From assembly GCF_044324875.1 (NCBI RefSeq), contig NZ_CP172185.1: a stretch of DNA of 64,000 bases. The stretch is one strand, 5' to 3'. The position numbers and the translations under genes are program-made. Origin of the DNA: Escherichia coli. GTDB lineage: Bacteria; Pseudomonadota; Gammaproteobacteria; Enterobacterales; Enterobacteriaceae. The notes under the pieces are model-generated. The model did not search any database. It was not told where the DNA came from and saw only the letters and a program-made list of their open reading frames with translations. Below are positions 30,181 to 39,253 of the stretch, piece by piece (positions within the stretch are counted from its first letter, which is position 1; each line of letters opens with the position of its first letter).

Positions 30181-31023
30181 CTATACTGCCAGCATGTCAG
30201 GATAGTGTCTGACGATAATATCATTCAGTCTGTCAACCAGTTCCGGTTTCCTGAACGTGATATGCGCGGAGCCTTTCCTGAAGTATCTGATGCTGAACAT
30301 CTCATCCTCATAGCATGCTTCACCCTGAACGGACCGGATGTGCTCATCCAGACGAATGAGGATATTGTCCCGGTCAGTGGGTATGGGTTTACCGCTGAAC
30401 AGATACAGTATCCTTTCCAGGTCGGCAAGCCGCCCGGCCTGCGGACCATGGTTCAGACCAAATCCCCACCAGTCCCATTTCACCAGGTTGTTGAGGATAA
30501 TCTTACTGCCGAATTTACAGGGTGACCCGCTGTTGTGCGTCCGGCTCAGTCCTCTGAAGAGGTTGATGACGCCCCGTTCAGCCATTTCATCCCTGTTACG
30601 GTGCAGTTGTTCAGACGTACTCAGGATATTCGCTTCGCTGATTTCCGGAAAATTATCCTCCTCCAGTGAACGGTACCATTCATCACGCGCCTGTGCATCC
30701 ATCAGACTCAGCATCCCGGAGCGTTGCATCAGGTCACGCCAGATTTCACGGTCAAGGTTCCGGGTGATGGCTTTCATTGCGGTTTCCGGTTTTTCCATCA
30801 GCCAGCAGCCACAGCGAAAATCCTGTTTCACGGCCCAGTCCCGGGCCGTTTTACCTCCGATGCTTTCTGTCATTACTGAGATTTCTGCCAGTTGCCGGAT
30901 AAGCCTTTCGGTTTGTTGCAGTGCTTCATTCCGTACCGTCACAACGTGCCGGATACTGGTTGAGCAGATAACGTCCGTATGTCCGTTAAGCGTTTCCGGA
31001 CGGGAGACTGTGATATCAGACAT
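30181..31023 (-). CDS. conserved island hypothetical protein, 280 aa (possibly DUF4942-type; family not confirmed)
   Basis: Long ORF MSDITVSRPETLNGHTDVICSTSIRHVVTVRNEALQQTERLIRQ... at the tRNA-proximal edge of the island. Confidence 0.55.
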   Translation of the reverse strand: MSDITVSRPETLNGHTDVICSTSIRHVVTVRNEALQQTERLIRQLAEISVMTESIGGKTARDWAVKQDFRCGCWLMEKPETAMKAITRNLDREIWRDLMQRSGMLSLMDAQARDEWYRSLEEDNFPEISEANILSTSEQLHRNRDEMAERGVINLFRGLSRTHNSGSPCKFGSKIILNNLVKWDWWGFGLNHGPQAGRLADLERILYLFSGKPIPTDRDNILIRLDEHIRSVQGEACYEDEMFSIRYFRKGSAHITFRKPELVDRLNDIIVRHYPDMLAV

Positions 31024-31119
31024 AACCGATATTCCTTTTTGCAGATAAATGAAAACGCCAGCCGTATTCGGACTGGCGTCAGTGGAATGAATCGTGGTGA
31101 GTGAGATGATGAGTGAGAC

Positions 31120-31317
31120 TCACAGGTTCTGGTGCTGAAGCTGCAGCTGGCGCAGGGTGCGGATATCCTCCCTGGCCTGTTCGATACAGGGCAACAGTGC
31201 TGCCGAATCCGTTTTATCCTCATCGTTGTCGAAGATAATGCAGGAGCCGCAGTCGATATTGTCCTGCAGCCACGCAATCAGAATATCCGGTGCTGTTTCT
31301 GTGGTTAATGATTTCAT
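31120..31317 (-). CDS. small hypothetical protein (65 aa)
   Basis: C-terminal in-frame part (MKSLTTETAPDILIAWLQDNIDCGSCIIFDNDEDKTD...) of ORF 31120-31704, directly downstream of the yeeW-like gene; no clear SD. Confidence 0.3.
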   Translation of the reverse strand: MKSLTTETAPDILIAWLQDNIDCGSCIIFDNDEDKTDSAALLPCIEQAREDIRTLRQLQLQHQNL

Positions 31318-31336
31318 ACGGTGTCTTTTGTCCCGG

Positions 31337-31825
31337 TTACCAGTCGAAAGTGGGAAAACCCGGCAGACATTCAGCGCCGGCATCCAGATGAATGAGACTG
31401 ACGCCATAACGCCGGATGAGAGTGACAACCAGACGACGAAACGTTTTTGACAGACCCAGGCGTTTAAGCCGCAGAGCCGGGTACGACCACGCATCAGTAC
31501 GTAACAGATATCCGCTGCCTGTAAAATGAATCCATTCTGATTCGCCGTTGTCATTCGTCTGATGCGACAGCGAGTACAGCCAGGCATTGTCCTGCTCCGT
31601 GATATGTGCGGTACTGCAGCGTATGCCGGTAAGGGCCGCAAATGGTGGCATGCAGTCTGCTGAGGTCCGGTCAGATTCATCAGCAACACGAAGGGAACAG
31701 CCATTATCGCAGACCACGTTAATCAGTTCAGCGAGATTAACACCATCGACGTCAGCGACAATGCGCCCCATGTTCAGTGCCTGTACGTTAACGCTGTCGG
31801 CTTCCAGTGTCAGGGACAGTTTCAT
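31337..31825 (-). CDS. YeeW-like protein (162 aa)
   Basis: [31 protein letters not shown]...; start overlaps cbtA stop (ATGA); position equals yeeW in CP4-44-type modules. Confidence 0.5.
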   Translation of the reverse strand: MKLSLTLEADSVNVQALNMGRIVADVDGVNLAELINVVCDNGCSLRVADESDRTSADCMPPFAALTGIRCSTAHITEQDNAWLYSLSHQTNDNGESEWIHFTGSGYLLRTDAWSYPALRLKRLGLSKTFRRLVVTLIRRYGVSLIHLDAGAECLPGFPTFDW

Positions 31826-32199
31826 GGTTTCACCTCACAGTGTTTACCCAGGGTGATGTTGTTCACCATTCTGTAGTGGCTGCGGGTCATCAGGCCGGTC
31901 GCCCGGCGGGCCCGGAGAATATCAATGCTGCTGATTAACTGCGATGAAGCTCCTGCGCTGAATCCCGGCTGGTCGGTACGCACCAGCGCGTATTTTTCCA
32001 CAAGAAAGTTCACCGCATCACACAGTGAAATACCCGCCTCAATATGCTGCTCAATCACACGTTCATCGGCGAACGGTGTGTCATTCAGCGTGAGGCCGTA
32101 GTGCTGGTCCAGCAGCCGGGTGAGCAGTGTCTGCCAGATTTCAACCGGAGACGGGCAGCGCGATGTTGCCCGTACGTGTGTGTCGGGGAATGTTTTCAT
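31822..32199 (-). CDS. cbtA: CbtA/YeeV-family toxin (cytoskeleton-binding toxin)
   Basis: ORF 31822-32325; internal start [56 protein letters not shown]... closely resembles YeeV. Confidence 0.85.
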   Translation of the reverse strand: MKTFPDTHVRATSRCPSPVEIWQTLLTRLLDQHYGLTLNDTPFADERVIEQHIEAGISLCDAVNFLVEKYALVRTDQPGFSAGASSQLISSIDILRARRATGLMTRSHYRMVNNITLGKHCEVKP

Positions 32200-32257
32200 C
32201 TTAAGTACTCTGTAACAGGTGATGATAAAGAAGTGCTGTCCGGGGTTATGCGGTGGT

Positions 32258-32623
32258 TCAGGGTGTTGCCGGTGTCGGATAAATGGCGATATACACGTAA
32301 CCACAACTGCCGAGGGTGTCGGCATCGCAGGTCAGCCCTTTCGCATACAGTGTCACGGTATGCTGATGGCGGGGACTGAGTTCACCGCTGGTGAGCATGA
32401 GTTCCAGCTGTTTCATCAGCAGCGGAAAGGCCTGGTCCAGGTGGTACGCATCTGCGTCGCTGAACCGGCCTCTGATACCGGCGCGGTCTGCAAGGTAATG
32501 CAGGCGGTTACCCTCCTGCACCAGACGGGCACCGAAACAGGGCGTCACGGTGCAGGGCAGCCCCCACCAGGGGCGGTCGCTGTTGTCGTCAGGATGCGTT
32601 GTCCCGGTGAGTGTGTCTGACAT
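32258..32623 (-). CDS. cbeA: CbeA/YeeU-family antitoxin
   Basis: 121-aa [53 protein letters not shown]... closely resembles YeeU. Confidence 0.85.
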   Translation of the reverse strand: MSDTLTGTTHPDDNSDRPWWGLPCTVTPCFGARLVQEGNRLHYLADRAGIRGRFSDADAYHLDQAFPLLMKQLELMLTSGELSPRHQHTVTLYAKGLTCDADTLGSCGYVYIAIYPTPATP

Positions 32624-32673
32624 GATAAAGTCCTCACTGATAATCGGTTAAGAATGGTTTTAACAATGACGGG

Positions 32674-33318
32674 TCAGCCGGCGCGCAGACCGGCTTCGGT
32701 GAAGGTGTATCCGTTGATGAGAAGGGCCTCATCCACGGCGTCGTCTGAGGTCAGCCAGTCGTACTCGTTTTCCAGTTGACTGTATAACCAGAAGGCAAGG
32801 TCCCGCAGGGCGTCACAGACAACGGTTTCCGCGCTGGCTGTCATTGCCTGTCCGGTCGGACTGTCCCGGGTGACGGTGATATCCATGCTGTACGGATGGC
32901 AGTAGTGTCCCCGGTGGCGGATTTCAGCCTGAAGCTGCCGGAAGTTACGCTTCTGCACCGCCTGCAGGGCATCCGCGATACGATGAAGCTCACGGTCCTG
33001 CGGGGCATATTCCCTGATTTTCCGGGGTGCCGCTGGCTGCCAGCGCCAGCGTCCTTCAAAACAGGCTCCGTCCCCCTGGCTGCAGAATCCGCTGAACCAG
33101 ATGCACGGCTCTTCCATAAACCTGCCGTTGCTGAGCCGGATAACACGCTGGCGGAGGGCAATCCCGACAATCTCACAGACCGTCCTGAAGTCCTCATACA
33201 CGTTTTCATACCAGTTGCTGTCAGCATGATGCTGACGGTACCATTCACGGGCCTTCTCCCGTGCTGTGGCGGAAAGTTCATCCGGCGTATACACGGTGGT
33301 GATGATAATTCTGCTCAT
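32674..33318 (-). CDS. hypothetical protein (about 214 aa) between yeeT-like and cbeA
   Basis: ORF 32674-33330; ATG at 33318 (MSRIIITTVYTPDELSATAREKAREWYRQHH...) with GGAG 6 nt upstream; protein-like composition, overlapping alternative-frame ORFs look non-coding. Confidence 0.55.
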   Translation of the reverse strand: MSRIIITTVYTPDELSATAREKAREWYRQHHADSNWYENVYEDFRTVCEIVGIALRQRVIRLSNGRFMEEPCIWFSGFCSQGDGACFEGRWRWQPAAPRKIREYAPQDRELHRIADALQAVQKRNFRQLQAEIRHRGHYCHPYSMDITVTRDSPTGQAMTASAETVVCDALRDLAFWLYSQLENEYDWLTSDDAVDEALLINGYTFTEAGLRAG

Positions 33319-33334
33319 CCGCATCTCCACTGAC

Positions 33335-33556
33335 TCAGTTCAGGGTGACGCTCATCAGCCGGACATACGGGCCAAAACTGTCCTTCCGGCGTTCGGCAAA
33401 CACGGCAAGCACACCGGGGATATCCTGCACTTCACGACCGGTATACGCTTCAGCACTGCCGTGCCAGCGGTATTTACCGGTACAGAACGGAAAAAGACGG
33501 GATGACGGATACTGACGGTGAACGCGCATGGCTTCACCACGGGTGATGATTTTCAT
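33335..33556 (-). CDS. yeeT: YeeT-like protein (DUF987)
   Basis: 73-aa ORF MKIITRGEAMRVHRQYPSSRLFPFCTGKYRWHGSAEAYTGREVQDIPGVLAVFAERRKD... Confidence 0.8.
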   Translation of the reverse strand: MKIITRGEAMRVHRQYPSSRLFPFCTGKYRWHGSAEAYTGREVQDIPGVLAVFAERRKDSFGPYVRLMSVTLN

Positions 33557-33645
33557 GAGAACAGTCCTCCTGAATGTGAAAGTGAGAAACAGCTGAGAAA
33601 GAGAAACTGAAGTGACAATATGAAGGTGGCTGTGACGGTGACGGA

Positions 33646-34122
33646 TTAAAGCAGACCGTGTTCCGCAAAGGAGAACACCCGGCTGCCACCGACTATCAAA
33701 TGGTCCGGTACCCGGATATCCACCAGGGCCAGTGCCTGTACCAGACGTTCAGTGATAAGGCGGTCTGCCTTACCGGGTGTGACCTCACCGGACGGATGAT
33801 TGTGCGCCAGCACCACGGCAGCGGCATTGTGGTACAGGGCGCGTTTAACCACCTCCCGGGGATGCACTTCCGTGCGGTTGATGGTGCCGGTGAAGAGGGT
33901 TTCACCGGCAATCAGCTGATTCTGGTTGTTCAGGTACAGCACCCGGAACTCTTCCCGCTCCAGTCCCGCCATGTGCAGAATCAGCCATTCCCGTGCCGCA
34001 TGCGTGGAGGTGAAGGCCACGCCGGGTTCATGAAGATGGCGGTCCAGGGTTTTCAGGGCCCGCTGAATGAGGCTGCGCTCGCCGGGCGTCATCGCGCCGG
34101 GCAGAAAGGAAATCTGTTGCAT
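33646..34122 (-). CDS. RadC-like JAB-domain protein (YeeS/YkfG/YfjY family)
   Basis: ORF 33646-34164 with JAMM-like motif HNHPSGEVTPGKADRLITERL. Confidence 0.85.
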   Translation of the reverse strand: MQQISFLPGAMTPGERSLIQRALKTLDRHLHEPGVAFTSTHAAREWLILHMAGLEREEFRVLYLNNQNQLIAGETLFTGTINRTEVHPREVVKRALYHNAAAVVLAHNHPSGEVTPGKADRLITERLVQALALVDIRVPDHLIVGGSRVFSFAEHGLL

Positions 34123-34133
34123 AACCTCACTCC

Positions 34134-34607
34134 TCAGTCGATGATGCGCATAATGGCGCTGCATTCCGGATGCTGCAGGGCGTAATCCCGCAGCCGGTAA
34201 TAATGGACCGTCATGGCATAATGCTCCGTACGGCAGGCGTGATGACTGTAGGCCATCAGGCAGGCGGCAATGCCGGCGGCTTCAGGGCTCATTTCCGCGC
34301 GGTTGCCGTTCATGGTGTTAAACAGTGCCCATGTTTCGTCATCATCGTCACCCGGTTCGGGAGCCATAAATGCGCCGCCGTTGTTCAGGGTGTACATATT
34401 CCAGATACCCCCACTGTAGTCTTCACACAGACGGTCCATCCAGCCGAAGATTCGGGGCTCAAGGGTCACCCACTGCGGAATGAGGCCAAAGTGCTGCGGC
34501 CAGAAGCTGATGCGCTGTTCGTCAGGCACTGGGCTGGCAACCAGCTGAGGTGGATTATTCCCGGATGCAGTGGTTGCGGAAACAGAGTCATGCGAAACCG
34601 TTTTCAT
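34134..34607 (-). CDS. antirestriction protein (YfjX/YafX, KlcA/ArdB-like family)
   Basis: ORF 34134-34709; family-conserved part starts at ATG 34607 (MKTVSHDSVSATTASG...); tail ...HHACRTEHYAMTVHYYRLRDYALQHPECSAIMRIID; upstream ORF extension runs into IS21 DNA. Confidence 0.8.
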   Translation of the reverse strand: MKTVSHDSVSATTASGNNPPQLVASPVPDEQRISFWPQHFGLIPQWVTLEPRIFGWMDRLCEDYSGGIWNMYTLNNGGAFMAPEPGDDDDETWALFNTMNGNRAEMSPEAAGIAACLMAYSHHACRTEHYAMTVHYYRLRDYALQHPECSAIMRIID

Positions 34608-34825
34608 AAGTGAAATCCTTAAGTGCAAAATGGCATCTGAATCGATCGCAGTTTGGCATTCGAATCGATCATGATTTGGCATCCATCTCCGATCACAGTT
34701 TGGCATCACAATCGATCACGATTTGGCATGCTTCCGATCATTGATTGGCATCCTGCCAGTCACTCCGGGAATTAACTCTTTTCACCACAGTCTCCATTGC
34801 CGTGTTTAAACCAGTGGAGACGTCA

Positions 34826-36391
34826 ATGTCCAGAAAGAGAAAATCCAGGAGCACTATGGAAACCTGTTTTAAGATCCTTCAGCTCAAGTTCGACAAGAAG
34901 CTGACTAACCGTTGTATCGGACTGACGTTACACATCAGCGCCTCAACCGTTTTTGAGGTTCTTGCCCGCTTCAAAGCCTCTTCTCTGTCATGGCCATTAC
35001 CTGCTGATATATCCCATGACACGCTGGAGAAACTCATTTTTCCGCCCAAAGACACCTTTGCATCAGAGCTTGTAATGCCTGACATGTTGTACTTCGATAC
35101 GGAAATGAGAAAACCAGGTGTGACGCGGCAACTGTTGTGGATGGAATACAAGGCACAGGCGGGTAACAAAGCGATGGGATACTCGCACTTCTGCCGTTGC
35201 TACCGGGAGTGGAAAAAAACGCGACGTCTCTCCATGCGCCAGGAGCATCGTGCCGGCGAAAAGCTTTTTATCGACTTCTGTGGTCCTACGGTTCCTGTTA
35301 TTAATCCGGACACCGGTGAGATACGCCGCGTGGCAATCTTCGTGGCCGTAATGGGGGCGTCCAACTATACCTACGTTGAAGCGTGCGAAGGTCAGGACAT
35401 GATGTCATGGTTAAATGCCCACAGCCGTTGCCTGACCTTCCTGGGCGGCGTACCGAAGCTGCTCATCCCCGATAACCTCAGAAGCGCAGTGAAAAAGGCC
35501 GATCGATATGAGCCTGTCATCAACGACAGTTATCAGGCACTGGCTGAGCACTATGGCACGGTTATCATCCCGGCCCGACCACGCAAACCTAAAGATAAAC
35601 CAAAAGCAGAAAACGGCGTCCTCATCGTTGAACGATGGCTTCTTGCCCGCATCCGTAATGAAACCTTCCACACGCTCAGGGCGCTGAATGCGCGCCTTAG
35701 GGAGTTACTGACAGACATGAATAACCGGCCAATGAAGGGGTACGGCAATCAAACCCGTGCAGAACGCTTCCGCATACTGGATGCGCCAGCACTCTCTCCG
35801 CTGCCTCTGGCACCTTATGAATACACGGAATACAAAGCTGTGAAGGTTGGCCCTGACTACCACGTTGAATATGCCCGTCACTGGTACTCCGTTCCACACG
35901 AACTGGTCGGTCAGCGTCTGTCACTGAAGGCGGGGCAGTCGGTGGTACAGCTCTGGCACAAGGGGCAGTGTGTGGCGCAACATCCGCGCAGCACACATGA
36001 ATATAAACACACAACCAATCCGCTTCACATGCCAGAGCGCCACCGGCAGCACGGGACATGGACACCGGAACGCCTGATCGAGCAGGGAAAACGTACGGGC
36101 CCGTCCACAGGCCGGGTGGTTGAATCCATGCTGAAGGCAAAACCCCATCCGGAACTGGCTTATCGTGCAGTTCTGGGGCTGCTGGCACTTCAGAAAAAAT
36201 ACGGCCCGGAACGGCTGGAAAAGGCCTGTTACGTTGCCCTGCACTATAACGCCCCTGACAGACGCTTTATCGACAATCTGCTGCGTCACCATCGGGAGAA
36301 CCTGGAGCTTCCATTATCCCGCCAGGGCGAACAACATCCGGCATATGCTTCAGAGCATGAAAACCTGCGTGGTCCGGGCTACTACCACTGA
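34826..36391 (+). CDS. istA: IS21-family transposase IstA
   Basis: Internal ATG of ORF 34745-36391 (MSRKRKSRSTMETCFKILQLKFDKK...) preceded by GGAGA; HTH plus DDE integrase core. Confidence 0.85.
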   Translation: MSRKRKSRSTMETCFKILQLKFDKKLTNRCIGLTLHISASTVFEVLARFKASSLSWPLPADISHDTLEKLIFPPKDTFASELVMPDMLYFDTEMRKPGVTRQLLWMEYKAQAGNKAMGYSHFCRCYREWKKTRRLSMRQEHRAGEKLFIDFCGPTVPVINPDTGEIRRVAIFVAVMGASNYTYVEACEGQDMMSWLNAHSRCLTFLGGVPKLLIPDNLRSAVKKADRYEPVINDSYQALAEHYGTVIIPARPRKPKDKPKAENGVLIVERWLLARIRNETFHTLRALNARLRELLTDMNNRPMKGYGNQTRAERFRILDAPALSPLPLAPYEYTEYKAVKVGPDYHVEYARHWYSVPHELVGQRLSLKAGQSVVQLWHKGQCVAQHPRSTHEYKHTTNPLHMPERHRQHGTWTPERLIEQGKRTGPSTGRVVESMLKAKPHPELAYRAVLGLLALQKKYGPERLEKACYVALHYNAPDRRFIDNLLRHHRENLELPLSRQGEQHPAYASEHENLRGPGYYH

Positions 36392-36407
36392 CAGAAGGAA
36401 CAACAGT

Positions 36408-37163
36408 ATGAGTGATAACCTGTTAAACAAACTGACCCAACTGAAACTCCCGGCGATGGCCGGGAGCCTGATACGGCAGCGGGAAACGCCTCAGACCTAC
36501 GACGAACTGTCGTTCGAGGAAAGGCTGACGCTGCTGGTTGATGACGAGCTTCTGAGCAGGGAAAACAGCCGTGTGGCACGGTTGAGAAAAAATGCCGGCC
36601 TGAAATACCAGGCAACACCGGAAGGGCTGCGCTATCCGGCCTCAAGAGGTCTGCGGGCTGAACAGATGAGAGAACTGCTGAACGGCCACTACATAACCCA
36701 CAGGAAAAACCTGCTGATAACCGGTCCGACAGGATGTGGCAAGAGCTGGATAGCCAATGCGCTGGGCGAACAGGCATGTCGACAGAAACACAGCGTCCGG
36801 TACTGTAGAACCGGGCGATTACTGGAACAACTGGCTCAGGGACGTGTTGATGGCAGCTGGCTGAAATATCTGAAACAGTTGCAAAAAATACAGGTTCTAA
36901 TCCTGGACGATCTGGGGCTGGAACAGTTAAGTAACGCCCAGTGTAATGACCTTCTGGAGCTCATAGAGGATCGTTACGGACAAAGCAGCACGATAGTGGT
37001 AAGCCAGTTCCCGGTAGATAAATGGCATGGTCTGATGGAGAACCCAACAACAGCAGATGCCATCCTGGACAGACTGGTACATAACTCACACCGAGTGGTC
37101 CTTCAGGGAGAGTCACTGAGGAAAAATCCCCCGGTAGTGGAAAGCAGCGAAAAAACGCGTTAA
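36408..37163 (+). CDS. istB: IS21-family helper ATPase IstB
   Basis: Internal ATG of ORF 36165-37163 (MSDNLLNKLTQLKLPAMAG...); Walker A GPTGCGKS. Confidence 0.85.
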   Translation: MSDNLLNKLTQLKLPAMAGSLIRQRETPQTYDELSFEERLTLLVDDELLSRENSRVARLRKNAGLKYQATPEGLRYPASRGLRAEQMRELLNGHYITHRKNLLITGPTGCGKSWIANALGEQACRQKHSVRYCRTGRLLEQLAQGRVDGSWLKYLKQLQKIQVLILDDLGLEQLSNAQCNDLLELIEDRYGQSSTIVVSQFPVDKWHGLMENPTTADAILDRLVHNSHRVVLQGESLRKNPPVVESSEKTR

Positions 37164-37262
37164 AAAGCGGTAGAAAAAGTTAAGTTCCCGGTTGATCGAA
37201 TGGATGCGAATCGCTGATCGGACTTCGATGCCAATCCGTGATCGAATAGAGCGGAATACGCA

Positions 37263-37330
37263 CTTAAGTGAATAAGTGAACAAGTGAATTAAGGAAATAA
37301 GTGAATGAATAAGTGAATAAGAGAGAAAAG
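37263..37330. repeat. tandem array of 8-bp AAGTGAAT-like units
   Basis: cttaagtgaataagtgaacaagtgaattaaggaaataagtgaatgaataagtgaataag; one more unit (aagtgaaat) lies on the other side of the IS21 element at 34609-34617. Confidence 0.7.
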
Positions 37331-37356
37331 ACAGGGCACTGACAGCGTCGCGTTAA

Positions 37357-38175
37357 TCAGCGCAGGCTCTCCAGCAGCGTTTCCGTCATCACCCACAATG
37401 CGCGGTTGAGCTTAATGTCGGTGTCAATGCTGTGAATGGCCCGGGTGTGGATACGTTTTCCTTTTGCACTGCGCCCCTGAAGACCACCCTTGAGCATATT
37501 CTCCTGGATGGTCTGATAAGCACTCCACAGGTCCTTACCGTAATCCTCCCGGCGTCGTGGCGTCAGAATGTCAGCGGTGGTGACGGGCTGATGTTCGTCA
37601 CCATAACGGTAAGTCAGGGCGGCCTGTGCCAGCGCTTGGCGAGCCGGTGGTGGTAAAATCAGCGACTGCATGGCATCACGCTTCTCCTCAATCCGGTCAA
37701 AAACCCCCACCACTTCGTAAGCCCCTTCGATGACCCTGTCCACCACGTTTCCCCGGTGTGGCACACGCACCTCTCCGAGAGACTGACCGCAGACGCACCC
37801 GTTCTGACACACGAACCGGAAGTAACCCGGCAGCATCTGGTAGCTGGAGGTACCGTCATGGGAGTTGAGCAGAATGATTTCCGGGACATGCTGCCCGTTT
37901 ATCTCCCCGTCACGGCGCAGACGCAGCATGTGCTTTGTGTATCCCCGACGTCCCGGGTCCCGCACGCGGGTCTGGCAGGCAAAGAAGGGCTGAAAGCCTT
38001 CCCGCTGCAGGCTTTCCAGCACGGTAATGGTGGGGATGTATGTATAGTTCCGGCTCCGGGAGGTGTGCTTATCTTCCCCGAAAATCCCGGGCACATGGTG
38101 CATCAGTTCTTCATGTGTCAGCGGACGGTCACGGCGTATCTGGTTCGCATAACCAAAACGACTGGCTAATCGCAT
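37357..38175 (-). CDS. DUF932/UPF0380 family protein (YfjQ/YafZ-like)
   Basis: 272-aa ORF MRLASRFGYANQIRRDRPLTHEELMHHVPGIFGEDKHTSRSRNYTYIPTITVLESLQREGFQPFF... Confidence 0.7.
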   Translation of the reverse strand: MRLASRFGYANQIRRDRPLTHEELMHHVPGIFGEDKHTSRSRNYTYIPTITVLESLQREGFQPFFACQTRVRDPGRRGYTKHMLRLRRDGEINGQHVPEIILLNSHDGTSSYQMLPGYFRFVCQNGCVCGQSLGEVRVPHRGNVVDRVIEGAYEVVGVFDRIEEKRDAMQSLILPPPARQALAQAALTYRYGDEHQPVTTADILTPRRREDYGKDLWSAYQTIQENMLKGGLQGRSAKGKRIHTRAIHSIDTDIKLNRALWVMTETLLESLR

Positions 38176-38699
38176 ACTTTGCTCCTTATCAGTGGTTAAG
38201 ACTGACTGACGTAATCAATGAAAAAGCCGCGTCTCCCGGAGAAGACGCGGCCTGATGGATGAAATGAATGAGGGTTTACCGAAGTCCTTCAGCATTGAGG
38301 TGAAGCCGCCGGAAATGTGTTCCCGGGTCATCTTCGATAAATACATTGCGGTAAGCTGTTATGGCAGAAACCGCCTGCACGTGTGAGAAAGGTCTTCGCT
38401 TAAGACGTACTCTGTGTGATCCGGTATTTCTGGTTTCTCCTGATTAATAGCCTCTGCCACAAAGTGTGGAAGAGGCTGAATCATGGTATTTACTTCTTTC
38501 ATCATGGTGGTATTCCGGTGTATTAACCGGGATCTGATTCCGGAAAATAAGGAATAAACGTAAAGGAGCAGAATGCTCGTTATGCCAGACACGCAGGGGG
38601 TAATGCCTCTTCCGGGTGGTTAACCATATTGCCGGGATGTGATGCTTCATATTCCATAACAGAGCGTTGCCTGATGATACTGACTACCAGTGGTTTGAT

Positions 38700-38927
38700 T
38701 CACATATTGGTCGCTGCCCGTTGCTGTACGCCGGCGGCGAAAATGATCTCCAGAGCATTCTGATCGATAACACGGGCCAGATTCGCGTTCAGATTTTCAG
38801 TTTCATTTTCGGTCAGCAGGAAACTGACGGCAAGCCACGTCACCTGCTCCTGAATCATGGCAGGAATTTTGATGCGCTCCTCTTCAGCCAGAGTACCGGC
38901 AATTTTTCCTGATACCACTGCAATCAT
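38700..38927 (-). CDS. hypothetical small protein (75 aa)
   Basis: ORF MIAVVSGKIAGTLAEEERIKIPAMIQEQ...; start overlaps stop of upstream 76-aa ORF by 4 bp. Confidence 0.3.
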   Translation of the reverse strand: MIAVVSGKIAGTLAEEERIKIPAMIQEQVTWLAVSFLLTENETENLNANLARVIDQNALEIIFAAGVQQRAATNM

Positions 38928-39154
38928 TCCTCCCGGAACGCCGCCCGCCAGCGAATATGAAATAACCGGGGTATGCGTTCAGTGATACAGCCAGCCAGTA
39001 AAGCCGGACCGGACAGACACAGCAATATGAGTCCTGCCAGCACAGACGCTGTGCTGGTTAATGCTCTGAACAAAAAGCGAAGAATGGCAAATCCTGCGAT
39101 AAGCAGGATCAGCACGCCGACTATCTGTAACATAGTCCCCCTGATAAATATCAT
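38924..39154 (-). CDS. hypothetical small membrane protein (76 aa)
   Basis: ORF with two hydrophobic segments (LQIVGVLILLIAGFAILRFLF, ASVLAGLILLCLSGPALLAGC) immediately downstream of flu. Confidence 0.3.
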   Translation of the reverse strand: MIFIRGTMLQIVGVLILLIAGFAILRFLFRALTSTASVLAGLILLCLSGPALLAGCITERIPRLFHIRWRAAFREE

Positions 39155-39253
39155 GTTATTGTTAATGCCAGCGAATGTGGCGTTGAATATCCGTTGCGCC
39201 GGTCCGGGTCCCGATCATGATGACCGGGACCACAAAGAGGCAATGCAGAATTG

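Larger units (their letters stand above)
34624..37262 (+). mobile_element. IS21-family insertion sequence (istA-istB), about 2.64 kb
   Basis: IstA+IstB ORF pair; both termini carry multiple tttggcat / gatcg repeat motifs; flanked by direct repeat CTTAAG(TG) at 34618-34625 and 37263-37270. Confidence 0.8.

Noticed and set aside
31318-31704. Upstream part of ORF 31120-31704 (194 aa)
   Set aside because: Overlaps the YeeW-like gene in a different frame; only the 65 codons downstream of the YeeW-like stop were kept as a low-confidence small ORF.
32841-33333. Overlapping 146-aa minus-strand and 145-aa plus-strand ORFs across the 214-aa hypothetical gene
   Set aside because: Alternative frames of the same GC-rich interval with Ser/Arg/Gly-rich composition; only the 214-aa frame has a properly spaced SD and protein-like sequence.
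34608-34709. N-terminal extension of the antirestriction ORF (ORF track 34134-34709)
   Set aside because: The extra codons read into the IS21-family left terminus; the family-conserved start is the ATG at 34607.
35697-36188. 163-aa minus-strand ORF and other ORFs inside the IS21 element
   Set aside because: Antisense to istA, Pro/Ala/Cys-rich, no SD; istA and istB account for the element.
37263-37330. Possible CRISPR array (AAGTGAAT repeats; also the tttggcat repeats at 34640-34745)
   Set aside because: Units are 8 bp with no spacers of CRISPR size and no cas genes nearby; the second set is IS21 terminal multiple repeats.
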